Below, piece after piece: positions 1 to 9,841 of a stretch of 64,000 bases of DNA; the first letter of the stretch is position 1, and each line of letters starts with the position of its first letter. Below the pieces are notes generated by a model that was not told where the DNA came from, searched no databases, and saw only the letters and a program-made list of their open reading frames with translations. Position numbers and translations under genes: made by a program. The stretch is from a virus: positions 25,638-89,637 of IMG/VR virus record IMGVR_UViG_3300045988_132434, one strand, 5' to 3'.

Positions 1-16
1 TTATTCTTTGTTTCAT
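1..16 (-). CDS. 5' end of a minus-strand ORF that runs off the left edge (MKQRI...)
   Basis: ATG at 14-16 follows the stop of the upstream ORF closely (TAATAATG). Only 5 codons are visible. Confidence 0.25.
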
Positions 17-18
17 TA

Positions 19-576
19 TTATTCTTCGTTTTTAAGATTATGCTTAATATCATCGTACATGGCCATCTCAAACTTCTCTCCGTCATAGTGGCCGACAGCG
101 AGCAACTGACCGTTTGCCTCTGTAGCCTGATTGACAGACGGCGCATTGGCACGGATGATGAAGATGTCAAACTCCTTGATGCAGTCGAGCTGTTCAGGAG
201 GTATCATCTCCATGTTCTCGCGAGCCTCCTGACGGATGCGATGGATGTCGGCTTTAGTCAGGTTGGCGTAATCTTTCTGAGCCTTGCGCACAGCATCGGT
301 CTCTACCTTGATGCGGCGTGCCTCGTAGGCCTCACTGATGATGCGCTCATTCTGCCAAAGTGCTGCTTGGTTGAGGAAGTTCTGAAAACCTTTTTTCCCC
401 TCTGCCAATTTCATTACCGCAAGGGCTTCCTCGATGATGAGTATCTTGTCTTTCTGTCGCCAGGTAATCAGTCCTCTTCGCTCAAACTTATCAAAGACGG
501 AGATAACGAAAGCTATCTCTTTCAATTCTTTGAACATCTGCTTATTTTTGCCAAATCTCTTAAATGGATTCCACAT
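19..576 (-). CDS. hypothetical protein (185 aa)
   Basis: Long ORF, co-oriented and tightly packed with its neighbours. No motif recognised. Confidence 0.5.
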   Translation of the reverse strand: MWNPFKRFGKNKQMFKELKEIAFVISVFDKFERRGLITWRQKDKILIIEEALAVMKLAEGKKGFQNFLNQAALWQNERIISEAYEARRIKVETDAVRKAQKDYANLTKADIHRIRQEARENMEMIPPEQLDCIKEFDIFIIRANAPSVNQATEANGQLLAVGHYDGEKFEMAMYDDIKHNLKNEE

Positions 577-643
577 AGTTTTGCTGTTTTATGACCAACC
601 AACACAGCCCATTGACAGGAGTCTGTGTCGGTTGGCAGTTGTT

Positions 644-958
644 TTAATGGGTAATAAATCTCGTGCCATCTACTTCCAACACCAAGATGTCGTTGACCAC
701 GCGTATCTCGCCACTCTCCACAAACTGCACCTTACGCTGATGCTTTAGGATGTCAACCGATAGACAGACACAGTTACCTTCATCAACATGACCTGTCTTG
801 GTCAGAAAACGGATGAAGAACGGTTTGCGCTTTACGTTTCTGGCAGTCTGTGGATGCACATAGCCAGTCACCTGTTGACCCGTTCTTGGGTCGGTCCACT
901 GCCACTTCTCACAATAGGCACGTAGGTTCTGATAGGATTGTCGGGGTCTGCTGTTCAT
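644..958 (-). CDS. hypothetical protein (104 aa)
   Basis: ORF whose start overlaps the stop of the upstream gene by 4 nt (coupled). Confidence 0.45.
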   Translation of the reverse strand: MNSRPRQSYQNLRAYCEKWQWTDPRTGQQVTGYVHPQTARNVKRKPFFIRFLTKTGHVDEGNCVCLSVDILKHQRKVQFVESGEIRVVNDILVLEVDGTRFITH

Positions 959-1581
959 TTGTACGGTGGAAATTCAAAATGAAGGAAGTGATCTAACGTA
1001 GGCGACTGCACCTTGTTAAGGCTCGCATGGGCCTGTTGGCGATGTCGCAGGATGTCTGGAAACAACACGTTGCGGATAGGATGCGACCAGTCGCTCTTCG
1101 TGGAAAACAGACTGAAGTTCGGATAGAACGTCATCGTGTATGACACCAGATTTGCCGTGTAGGGTCTGTCGGTCATCAAGCCGGTCAGCACCACGGCACG
1201 CTCGTAGTTATACAACACCATGTGCGAAGCCACGTCGGTAACGTCTTTGCTATGAGTGTATAGCACCTTATCCTTATAGTCGGAAAGATACTTAGCCACC
1301 ATCTTACTACAGTCGTTGGCTGTCGTCAAGACCAGGTGGGTAATCCATCTGCGCTCAAAACATTGTTGCAGGAACACAAAGCTGTCGCTGTTGGCGGTAG
1401 GCATAGACAGTGCCATCACATGAGCATCTATCACAAGGAAACTGATGGCACGATAGAATTTCTCCATCGTCACGTCACCATGTGTGTAAAACACCAACAT
1501 CCTTTGTGGTGCCTGAGTTACTGCCTGTGGCAACTTTTTATCCACACAGCAGGGAGGAATGAAAAGAAGTGTATCGTCCAT
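955..1581 (-). CDS. hypothetical protein (208 aa)
   Basis: ORF packed directly downstream of the clamp gene. No motif recognised. Confidence 0.5.
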   Translation of the reverse strand: MDDTLLFIPPCCVDKKLPQAVTQAPQRMLVFYTHGDVTMEKFYRAISFLVIDAHVMALSMPTANSDSFVFLQQCFERRWITHLVLTTANDCSKMVAKYLSDYKDKVLYTHSKDVTDVASHMVLYNYERAVVLTGLMTDRPYTANLVSYTMTFYPNFSLFSTKSDWSHPIRNVLFPDILRHRQQAHASLNKVQSPTLDHFLHFEFPPYK

Positions 1582-1595
1582 CGTTGTACTATGAA

Positions 1596-2783
1596 TTATT
1601 CGTCGAGCAACATAGGCATTTCAAGCGCCAACACCTTGGGTGCGGGTTCGTCAGCAGTAAATACTACGGCATGTGAGTTGTCAAGCAGACGCATGCGGAT
1701 GGTGTTTGACGGTATGGCAGAGATACACGTTCTGAACGAATCAGATTTCAGTCCGATCTTGAAACCATCTGTGCACGCAGCTTCTGACAGGAATACCTGG
1801 TCCTCGCCCGACTTGGCAAAGTCTGAGTCGCTGGCCGATACGGTAAGAAACATACCATTCTTCTCAACCTCGATAAGATTGCTGACACTGCTTGAGAAGA
1901 GACTGACACGACGCAGGATGCCCAGCATCTCCTTCTTGTCAAACACGACGTAATAAGGACTCGATTTTGGTATGACGCTGTTGTAGTTTGGATATTTACC
2001 CTCGATATGCTTACAGATCAGTTCGGTGTCACCCGACGAAAAACGGATGACGTGACCGTCATTTTCGATGTCAACCGTCTCACATCCGTCGAAAGCCGAC
2101 AGGATTTTGAGGTAGTTGCGATGAACTAACGTCTTGCGAGATTCTCCGCTCCGGAAGAAATCACTGCCGCCTTTCTGTTCGTCGTTGCTGTGGTTGCGCT
2201 TGTATAGTATATTGCCGTCTGATCCGACAAATACGACCTCTGATTTATCTTCTGCTACGTCAACACATAACACCGACATAACGGGACGCAACAAATCTTC
2301 GGCTAAGAAGTTTTGTGCCTGCGACAATACCTCGTCCACCACCACCATAGGCAACTGGATGTGGGTGCAGGCTGCATCAACGGACTTCATGAAGGTGAAT
2401 GCTTTTCCGTCTTCACAGGGCACCGATACCTTACCGGTCTTGACATGATCAACGTCACCGGTGCAATAGGTCATTTCTACCGACTGATTGTTTTTAGCAA
2501 AGTCGAAGGTAATGGTACAGTCGGGCAGCGTTGACAGAAAAGGAATGACGACATTTACCGACAAGGCAATGGGCGAGGTAAACTCTCCTTCTACGATAGT
2601 CAATGGTGCAGGTACGGTCAACTGCGACTCAACTGTTGACGAGGTGAAGAAAAACTTGTCGCGCTCCTTCATCGTCAGCAATACGTTGTTGAATATGGCA
2701 ACAACATTCTTGGTAGTCATACACTTTGCCGACTTCTGCAATGCCTCTCTCAGGAGTTTGGATGATTGTGCTTGTAATTTCAT
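1596..2783 (-). CDS. dnaN: DNA polymerase III beta subunit-like sliding clamp
   Basis: 395 aa, the typical DnaN length. It has the GKYPNYNSVIP block (DnaN G-x-FPDY-x-VIP type) and a C-terminal LEMPMLL end like the DnaN PMRL end. The layout resembles three domains. Confidence 0.85.
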   Translation of the reverse strand: MKLQAQSSKLLREALQKSAKCMTTKNVVAIFNNVLLTMKERDKFFFTSSTVESQLTVPAPLTIVEGEFTSPIALSVNVVIPFLSTLPDCTITFDFAKNNQSVEMTYCTGDVDHVKTGKVSVPCEDGKAFTFMKSVDAACTHIQLPMVVVDEVLSQAQNFLAEDLLRPVMSVLCVDVAEDKSEVVFVGSDGNILYKRNHSNDEQKGGSDFFRSGESRKTLVHRNYLKILSAFDGCETVDIENDGHVIRFSSGDTELICKHIEGKYPNYNSVIPKSSPYYVVFDKKEMLGILRRVSLFSSSVSNLIEVEKNGMFLTVSASDSDFAKSGEDQVFLSEAACTDGFKIGLKSDSFRTCISAIPSNTIRMRLLDNSHAVVFTADEPAPKVLALEMPMLLDE

Positions 2784-2814
2784 TATGTTTTTATTTTTTT
2801 GTTAGGTTATGATT

Positions 2815-3426
2815 TTAGAATGGCAGCGCATCATCATCTGCGCCGTAGGTGTTGCCGGCAAACGGATCATTACTTGCCTCTGCAGGGGCTACATAATTGG
2901 TGGCTGCTCCTGCGGTACCTACATTCGATGTAGCGTATGGTGATGGCTGTTGGGTAGCCTGTGGCTGGTAGAGCATGGCCAGACGTTTGCTCACGCGCTG
3001 ACGGATAGCCTTGAAGAGGTGGGTAGTCTCATCGGTAGCACTTTGATTCACAATATCGGGGTCGGTATCCTTAAACTGCTCCTTGACCTGTTCTACGAGC
3101 TTGGGAAATCTCTGTGCAAAAAGTTTGATGTAATCATTAGAGAATGATAACTGCATTTCGTGTGTCGGTACCGTGACGTTGGTATCACCACGTTCCTGTG
3201 CCGATCGGCGTACCGCATTTTTGTAGTTCTCATTCAGAGGCCAGATGTTCACGCGCATCTTAGCCAGTGTGCGGTCTTGTTTCTGTGGATGTTGTTCCAC
3301 TTTGATTTCGTTCAGATCTGCGGGTATGCAGACGTACACTCTCTCTGGGTTATTTTTGTCAATACCCTTAAACACCTGCGCTCCATTGAGCGAGAGCAGG
3401 TCGATGTTGCCATTGTAACTTGCCAT
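2815..3426 (-). CDS. SSB-like single-stranded-DNA-binding protein with a non-canonical N-domain
   Basis: 203 aa. A globular N-part is followed by a Q/P/A-rich linker and an acidic C-terminal tip, GADDDALPF. This is the architecture and tip of the bacterial SSB C-terminal tail (SSB-Ct, DDDIPF). The gene lies between the clamp and primase genes. Confidence 0.5.
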   Translation of the reverse strand: MASYNGNIDLLSLNGAQVFKGIDKNNPERVYVCIPADLNEIKVEQHPQKQDRTLAKMRVNIWPLNENYKNAVRRSAQERGDTNVTVPTHEMQLSFSNDYIKLFAQRFPKLVEQVKEQFKDTDPDIVNQSATDETTHLFKAIRQRVSKRLAMLYQPQATQQPSPYATSNVGTAGAATNYVAPAEASNDPFAGNTYGADDDALPF

Positions 3427-3462
3427 TTGTTTGTTGTTTTTATTGTTAGTTAAATTTACGTA

Positions 3463-4077
3463 TTATTTCACAAGTCTAAATTCGTACACAAACACAAACG
3501 GGTTCTTCTCCCATGTGCCTTTGCCGCATATCTTGTCTATCATCTTGGCATAAGCCTCGCGTGGAGTAGTCGATAACTCGAAACTTAACGCTCCGCGTCT
3601 GATATAGGAGAATCCCCACATGTGGCTATGCACATCGGGATATTTCTGTATGCCTTCTGCCAAGCAGTCGTTGTCGCTAATGTCCTGCAAACGCTCAAAA
3701 CGAATATCGGTAATGCGGATGCGATGGGGCATTTTGGAAGCAAAGACAAACATCTTATTATTGTAAGCCTTAAAACTACGCAAGCAAGACCGTTTCAATA
3801 AAACCATTTCATCAGATGTTTCCGAAGTAAAATCGAAAACGTCCTTGTATGGCTGTGCCACGGCAATATTATGTCCTATCCTAAACGCAGCTTCTTTGTG
3901 TATAACCTTTTTCAGGTGACAAAAACAACTACCAAAATCGCCTTTATAAAGCGATACATCCTTAGCAGTAATGTCGGGAGAATCGCAATATCCTGCTATA
4001 CGTCTGGTCTGCGTCTTGCGTCCTTCAAGTACGGCTTTTGTCAGTCCGTACATGTCGTTAAACATTATTTTTTGCAT
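3463..4077 (-). CDS. ASCH/PUA-like domain protein
   Basis: The N-terminus MQKIMFNDMYGLTKAVLEGRKTQTRR matches the ASCH signature (G-x-K-T-x-T-R-R). The start was moved to the internal Met because the upstream small ORF ends at 4098. Confidence 0.55.
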   Translation of the reverse strand: MQKIMFNDMYGLTKAVLEGRKTQTRRIAGYCDSPDITAKDVSLYKGDFGSCFCHLKKVIHKEAAFRIGHNIAVAQPYKDVFDFTSETSDEMVLLKRSCLRSFKAYNNKMFVFASKMPHRIRITDIRFERLQDISDNDCLAEGIQKYPDVHSHMWGFSYIRRGALSFELSTTPREAYAKMIDKICGKGTWEKNPFVFVYEFRLVK

Positions 4078-4097
4078 ACACTTGTTGTCTTTACTGT

Positions 4098-4337
4098 TTA
4101 ATATAATCTCGCCCTGCTGTCGCTCATATCGTCCATCGTGCGCACCTTGCGCCATTTCTTGATTCTATTTTTTTGCGCATATACCGTTGACAGGCTGAGA
4201 TACTTACTGCAGGCGAGGTGCATCGGACTGATACTGCCGCCAAACAGCGACGAACTCTGTTCTCTGCAACTACACTTCGCAAGGTCGAAAGAGATGCAGT
4301 TCTCGCACTTGTGGGGGGGGTAGGAAAATATTTGCAT
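4098..4337 (-). CDS. small Cys-rich hypothetical protein (79 aa)
   Basis: Contains CENC...CSC cysteines. The 5' end holds an 8-nt C tract (plus-strand G8 at 4313-4320), and a second frame (4124-4345) is also open across the tract. Confidence 0.3.
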   Translation of the reverse strand: MQIFSYPPHKCENCISFDLAKCSCREQSSSLFGGSISPMHLACSKYLSLSTVYAQKNRIKKWRKVRTMDDMSDSRARLY

Positions 4338-4366
4338 AACATCATAGCTTTATATTAAATGACCAA

Positions 4367-4774
4367 TTATAAAGATAGCGGATTGCCGTAATAATCTATC
4401 TCTTCAATATCATCCACCGAATAACTCTCGATGCAATACTCATCGAAGTATTTATAAGGACAGCAACCGATGCGATAGTCTTTAGAGGTTTTTCCCTCTG
4501 CCTCCATCTTGTCGTAATCAACATAGCGTCCTTTGCAGGGCGTGAACTTGTCGATATTTCTGGGAGTGAAGACCAATAGTATCTGTGTATTGACAATGCC
4601 TCGCAACCGACGCAAGGCTTTTCTTGCCTGTTTCACGTCGCCAATGCCGAAGCAGAATCCTTTTGCCGTGCTTGCTTTACCACGGATTTCCCCGTGGTCA
4701 GTTGTGTTGTGTAATGTCTTGCCTGCAAAAAACTTTATCAATTCGTCCACAGACATGTAGCGGAATAGTTTCAT
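4367..4774 (-). CDS. hypothetical protein (135 aa)
   Basis: Clean ORF downstream of the primase gene. No motif recognised. Confidence 0.5.
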   Translation of the reverse strand: MKLFRYMSVDELIKFFAGKTLHNTTDHGEIRGKASTAKGFCFGIGDVKQARKALRRLRGIVNTQILLVFTPRNIDKFTPCKGRYVDYDKMEAEGKTSKDYRIGCCPYKYFDEYCIESYSVDDIEEIDYYGNPLSL

Positions 4775-4812
4775 ACGCTATAAATATATTAGTTAAACAT
4801 TGATTTTCTTAA

Positions 4813-7800
4813 TCAGAACGGCAAATCTTCCTCGTGGATATTAGGAAGCGTTGGAGCCGTTGCAGCAGGTGGTGCCATGCGCCTACCCTGCTTTCTGATT
4901 TTGTTGTTCTCCCACCGTTCTTTTTCCTCTACTGTAAGCGTAATGATATGACCATCATCATCGCGGTATGGTAACGGATCGGGACGCTCTGCATATTCTT
5001 TGGCTATGCGCTTGAGCTCGCGGTAGTCCTTCGGTATCGCGTCCTTACCTGGGCGGTAAAAGAAAAAAACGTGCTTGGAGGTCTGCATATAGCGGATAAA
5101 CTTCGGCTCAATGGTGTTGTCATTCTCCCATTCACGACCAGTAAAGTATTCCTGCGTAACCCACGCCTGTAGCTTGAAGCACTTGCGCTGTTTGTCGCTC
5201 TCGTTCTCGAAGAGGTGTTTGGGGTTACACGTTATCGACATATTCTCGCAATAGTCGTATATCTTCTTCTTGAAGGTAGCTCGGCTATACTCCTTCGACT
5301 TGCCCTCGGAAGCATCCGCCCAGTCGCGCATAAACTCGTTGAACATGTCGTCAGTGCATATTGGCACTCCGTAAACCTCGTTGCGAGAGAAGAACCACTC
5401 GAAGTAGCGGACAATGCTCTCCGTGAGCTTCTGAACCATCTGACGGCGACGCACATTGCCTTGCGGTGCAATGGCAAAGGTATGGTAGCGCATCAGGAAC
5501 TGCACTGCCAAAGCGCAAAGGTAGATGGTCTGATTGCGGTCGGTGTCGGTGAGCTTTGCAGGGTCTGTATCAAAACGCTTCATAATGTCGGATGGTGATC
5601 GTGCCGGCTGTCGCTTTTGAGGATTCTCGCGAGCAAAGCGGTCGGAGAAACTAACCAGTGGAAAACGACCAATAGTAGAGGGGTCGTCGTCGCTCAACGG
5701 ACTGTTGCTTGTTATGACGTGCATCGGTGAGTCTTCCATCTTCAAACTGACGGGGTCGCCAAATTTCTTTTCAACCTTCGTACCTTTGGTAATCTTGTTG
5801 TAGAAGTATTTGAGCGGAAAGCTCTTCTGCTTGTCCTCCCAGTGTACAACACGATACTTGCCGGGATATATGAGCAAGTCGGAAAGACAGAACTTTGCAT
5901 CGACAATGGTAAGAAAGTCTTTCATATCCACACAGAACACATTGACTGCCGAACCAACTACGAGGTTTACCAATACCGATTTACCACTACCACCAGAGGC
6001 TTGCTTCTCGTCGGCAATATTATCCTCAAGAAGATAAGGGCAGACGTTCTGCATCCCTTCCCATGAACGATAACAAAGTCTGCCAATGCCCGAAAGCATA
6101 TTGGCGAAATGGGCGTTCATTACGGCTCGCTCGTCATCAGTAAGTTTCTCTTTGCTACGCAGCACGTCTCGCTCTCGCTCCCAGAGGGTGTTTGAGAATC
6201 CACGCACAATACGCAGGATAGGCCAAAGATCTTTTTCTTGCTGTCCTTGCCAGTTGACATCCCAACGATAGGTCTGTGCCCATTCCATAAGGTCGCCACG
6301 CATCTGCTTTATCTCGTCGTAGCTGAACACTGGCGACCCGTCCTCGTTCTGCATCTTCTCCTTTTTGTCTATCGCTTCCAGTCGGTCGCGATATTCCTGA
6401 CGCTCGGTAATTGTAAAAGGAGTCTTGAACGCTCTCATCGTGAAGTCATACGGCTTCTTGGCGAGCGAGGGGATGAAGAAGTTGATGTCGTCATACGACA
6501 CCGTGCGGATGCTGTCGGGTGTTATCTTCAATGCCACATTATTGAAGTAGAAATACTCTGTATTGGCATCAAAAGCATCGGCAAAGTTTATCACCATGCT
6601 CTGCAAACCTCCAGCAGACTTTTCTGTGAAGGCCTTATCCACCATATTGGCGCAGTCGGACATCAAGCGTCGCTCGTTGTCGCTATGCCACCATGTCTGT
6701 TCTATATATTCCAAAAGCATTGTCTTTGCTGCCTGAATGATACTCTTTGCGTCGATATACTCTACGAAGCATTTGTTCAGGTGGATATACTGTCCCACGA
6801 GGTCGGTGCTCTCGGGGTCTATCATGCGGTAATATCCGTGTGCGGTCATAAAGAGCCACAATCGCGTAGGCGATACCTTGCAGGTAGGCAGTTTGGGCTT
6901 TCCACTTCGAGGGTCACGCGGATATTCTATCTCGAATGGCTCCGTGTTCCTGGCTCCACGCAATCGGGAGTAAAGCGGCAGACGAACATCATGGTCGAAC
7001 TGGAAGTTCTCTTCTGCGTTCATGGTATATGTCAGCATATAGTCGCGCACACTTCGGGGTGAGCAGCCATATAGCCATTGCCAGCGTCGGCAATAACGTG
7101 AGCGGAAACCTTCGGGCAGCATGGCATAATACAATGAACTGAACTTGCTGCATATCGCTCCGCAGTCGCGCTGTGAGGCAATGTCGTTGGGATAGAGGAT
7201 AATGACACGCTCGGCAAAACGGTTCATCTTCTGATATTGCACAGCACTGAAATCAAGATTTTCCCGTTTCCACTCGCCACGCTCTATGTACCAGAAGTTT
7301 CTCCGTCCGATGGAGAACGCCACATGATACCAACAGAAGTCTTGAAAATGCTGGTCTTCTGCCTTGTCAAGGCGCAAGGAACGCATAGCATAATACACGC
7401 TCAATGCGTCTTCGGGTGTACGACAAAAAACGATATTACGGGCTTTTATCTCGGCGGTGGGGATTGTGTATTTCTCCTCTTTGAAAGTTCCTTTCCCGTT
7501 ACCTTCTTTATCTTCTCTCTCTACCCAAATCTTCTTATCTTCAGTGTATTTCTCTTCGGGATCGTACTTAGCGATGGCAGCATGAACGGCAGTATTATCG
7601 CTCTTGCGATTATCCATTGCATGAACAAACACGTTGTCGCCCATGAGCCACTTGCTCACCTTCCTCACACTGTGCTCCTCGGCGGTAGAGAACACTATCG
7701 GTTCGCTCCCTGCCATGGCCGGACGGAAGAAGCAACCGTAGGAGTTCTGCGGTCCTACCTCTTGCGAGGCGAAGCACACAAACAGCGGATTCCACGGCGT

Positions 7801-8472
7801 ACCGTGGATAATCTCGCTCACATGCTGACCGTCACGTATTACGTCGGGCAGAGTGACACTCAGCAGGGAGTAGATGCGGAAGTCCTTGTTGAGCATGTCG
7901 GGGGTAAACGTACTGCCAAAGCCGAAACGAGGCAATCCTTTGTCGAGCGTCACCTCGCACCCAAGGGCTGCAAGCTCTTGTGGCGAGAAATCGGTCTTCG
8001 GCATAAAAGAGAACGTCTCGATGGTCTGCTGTGCCTGAGTACGGTAGTCCATCTTGGCAAACACCTCTGGGAAGGCACGGCGCACCTCGTCGGAGTCACC
8101 ATACACGTCCTTCACCAATCGCTGACAGATGCGCTGAAGACTATATCCGTGCATCGGGAGGTTCATCTTTGCTGCATATAGCTCGATGGCTCCGTAGCCT
8201 GTCTTACCCGTGCGAGTGCATTTCCATTTTACGGCTCCATGTTCTGCCATGCGATTGCCGTCAACGCCGTTGCCGTCGTACATGCCACCGCGCTCATTCT
8301 TGTAGATGATGAAGTGGGGTGTCTGCTTGGCATCGACATCCACGTCCTGCCCCTTCTTGCAGATCGGACAGAAACACGCGGTCTGGCCCTCGATGTGCTG
8401 CTCCGATGCAGGCTTCACGAGAAGGTGCAAGTCGATGTTTGCAAGACGGTTTAATATCGGGTGATAGAACAT
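4813..8472 (-). CDS. primase / SF3 (D5/P4-type) replicative helicase fusion
   Basis: 1219 aa. It has an N-terminal Cys cluster (CFCPICKKG) and a central Walker A, SGGSGKSVLVN, followed by VVHWED (Walker B-like). Size and layout fit phage/plasmid primase-helicases. It ends in EEDLPF. Confidence 0.8.
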   Translation of the reverse strand: MFYHPILNRLANIDLHLLVKPASEQHIEGQTACFCPICKKGQDVDVDAKQTPHFIIYKNERGGMYDGNGVDGNRMAEHGAVKWKCTRTGKTGYGAIELYAAKMNLPMHGYSLQRICQRLVKDVYGDSDEVRRAFPEVFAKMDYRTQAQQTIETFSFMPKTDFSPQELAALGCEVTLDKGLPRFGFGSTFTPDMLNKDFRIYSLLSVTLPDVIRDGQHVSEIIHGTPWNPLFVCFASQEVGPQNSYGCFFRPAMAGSEPIVFSTAEEHSVRKVSKWLMGDNVFVHAMDNRKSDNTAVHAAIAKYDPEEKYTEDKKIWVEREDKEGNGKGTFKEEKYTIPTAEIKARNIVFCRTPEDALSVYYAMRSLRLDKAEDQHFQDFCWYHVAFSIGRRNFWYIERGEWKRENLDFSAVQYQKMNRFAERVIILYPNDIASQRDCGAICSKFSSLYYAMLPEGFRSRYCRRWQWLYGCSPRSVRDYMLTYTMNAEENFQFDHDVRLPLYSRLRGARNTEPFEIEYPRDPRSGKPKLPTCKVSPTRLWLFMTAHGYYRMIDPESTDLVGQYIHLNKCFVEYIDAKSIIQAAKTMLLEYIEQTWWHSDNERRLMSDCANMVDKAFTEKSAGGLQSMVINFADAFDANTEYFYFNNVALKITPDSIRTVSYDDINFFIPSLAKKPYDFTMRAFKTPFTITERQEYRDRLEAIDKKEKMQNEDGSPVFSYDEIKQMRGDLMEWAQTYRWDVNWQGQQEKDLWPILRIVRGFSNTLWERERDVLRSKEKLTDDERAVMNAHFANMLSGIGRLCYRSWEGMQNVCPYLLEDNIADEKQASGGSGKSVLVNLVVGSAVNVFCVDMKDFLTIVDAKFCLSDLLIYPGKYRVVHWEDKQKSFPLKYFYNKITKGTKVEKKFGDPVSLKMEDSPMHVITSNSPLSDDDPSTIGRFPLVSFSDRFARENPQKRQPARSPSDIMKRFDTDPAKLTDTDRNQTIYLCALAVQFLMRYHTFAIAPQGNVRRRQMVQKLTESIVRYFEWFFSRNEVYGVPICTDDMFNEFMRDWADASEGKSKEYSRATFKKKIYDYCENMSITCNPKHLFENESDKQRKCFKLQAWVTQEYFTGREWENDNTIEPKFIRYMQTSKHVFFFYRPGKDAIPKDYRELKRIAKEYAERPDPLPYRDDDGHIITLTVEEKERWENNKIRKQGRRMAPPAATAPTLPNIHEEDLPF

Positions 8473-8759
8473 GATTGCTGTTATTTTTTTAAGAGAAAGA
8501 TAGACGACGATACGCCAAACTTTTTTCAGCGTGACCAGATTCCGAGGCTCTTACGTTCATTCTTAGTCAGCCTACTTATAGGAGGGCGTTACCGCTACCT
8601 CTATCGTCGTACTATCTTTTTATGTCGTAAAAAGACCGGTGGTGATGTCCCAGATATTCAAGAGATGGTTGTCCTACGCTTTACTCGTCACAACCACACA
8701 CCATATTTTAGAGGGCATTGCTGCGAACCTCCATCGCCACACGGTCTTTTGTTGCTTTA

Positions 8760-9182
8760 TTAAAGATTGACAAAAGTTTCTAATCGGTAGTATCTCACCG
8801 TACAGTTGCAGATCTTTTTCATCATTGCGACAATCAGGACGAAGAACTCTTTGATGCCGATAAACGCTTCATCGAGTCCGTGCACCATAATCATCGTGCG
8901 ACGATAACATTTTCCATTCTTCCACCGGCAGGAGTTCTCGCGGTCTATAACAAGATTCTTAACCTTGCCGGCCATCATCTTAAAGAGTGACGTACAGACA
9001 TCTTTGAGCAATTCAAAAGATGCACCATAGAAAAGCAGGGTGGGTATATCGTCGTTGATGCCACGCCTATCCTCTGCATAAGCAATGCGGTGCACGTAGT
9101 TGTGTGTGACAAGCCACGGCATCTTACGCTTGTTGGCCCTGTTGGGCACGTAGGGCAATGATAAAAGACCAAAGTACGGCAT
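8760..9182 (-). CDS. hypothetical protein (140 aa)
   Basis: ORF co-oriented with its neighbours. No motif recognised. Confidence 0.4.
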   Translation of the reverse strand: MPYFGLLSLPYVPNRANKRKMPWLVTHNYVHRIAYAEDRRGINDDIPTLLFYGASFELLKDVCTSLFKMMAGKVKNLVIDRENSCRWKNGKCYRRTMIMVHGLDEAFIGIKEFFVLIVAMMKKICNCTVRYYRLETFVNL

Positions 9183-9193
9183 GATGACCAGTT

Positions 9194-9841
9194 TTATTTT
9201 TCAATATTCAGACATTTCAGATGTTTCATCATCTGCCATGTTGAGTAAATACTGCGCTTGCAGTCAAATATAGGATCGTGAGCGACACCCTCGCCTTCGT
9301 AAGGCTCTACCAGCGAGTAGGCTCTGTTGGAATCATACGGCTGTTGTGCCGCATCAAGTATGATCTTCGCACCTTCCAGGAAAAAAGTACGGTGGTCACG
9401 GAAATTCTTATAAGAGACTGGCAGGTCTATCTGGAATTTCTGACAGATATTTCTCAGAATGGCAATATCGAAGTCTGACCCCTGTGACCATAGACAAATC
9501 TCATCACCATTGGCCATCTCTTTTATCCACTGGAAAAAATCAACGACCACGTTTTCAATGCTGTCGCAAGGTTGGCAGTCTGGTGCTGTTACAGCCACCT
9601 TTGCCTCTTTACTGCGAGTAGCCCACCAGTATGCCGTGTTCTGGTCAAAGGTGAATCCATTGACAAACTGCGATCGCAAATCAACATGGCGCAGGTACAG
9701 GTAGTCTGCATTGTGCATGTTGCCTTCTTCGTAAAAAGGAGTATCTACTTGATTTCTGTCCCATGCCACGGCACCGATACTCATCACGGCTGCCGTAGGG
9801 CATAAGGCGCACGTCTCTAAATCAAAAGTAATGTCTATCAT
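9194..9841 (-). CDS. DEDDh-type 3'-5' exonuclease
   Basis: Exo I FDLET, Exo II SQGSDFDIAIL and Exo III HDPIFDC motifs occur in the correct order and spacing. Confidence 0.8.
   Translation of the reverse strand: MIDITFDLETCALCPTAAVMSIGAVAWDRNQVDTPFYEEGNMHNADYLYLRHVDLRSQFVNGFTFDQNTAYWWATRSKEAKVAVTAPDCQPCDSIENVVVDFFQWIKEMANGDEICLWSQGSDFDIAILRNICQKFQIDLPVSYKNFRDHRTFFLEGAKIILDAAQQPYDSNRAYSLVEPYEGEGVAHDPIFDCKRSIYSTWQMMKHLKCLNIEK

Noticed and set aside
6238-8181. Long plus-strand ORFs (6238-7062, 7237-8181, and also 38709-39635, 56853-57698, 42045-42842, 18655-19476)
   Set aside because: They lie entirely antisense to much longer minus-strand genes with clear motifs. Their translations are R/L/H/V-rich, the typical composition of shadow frames.
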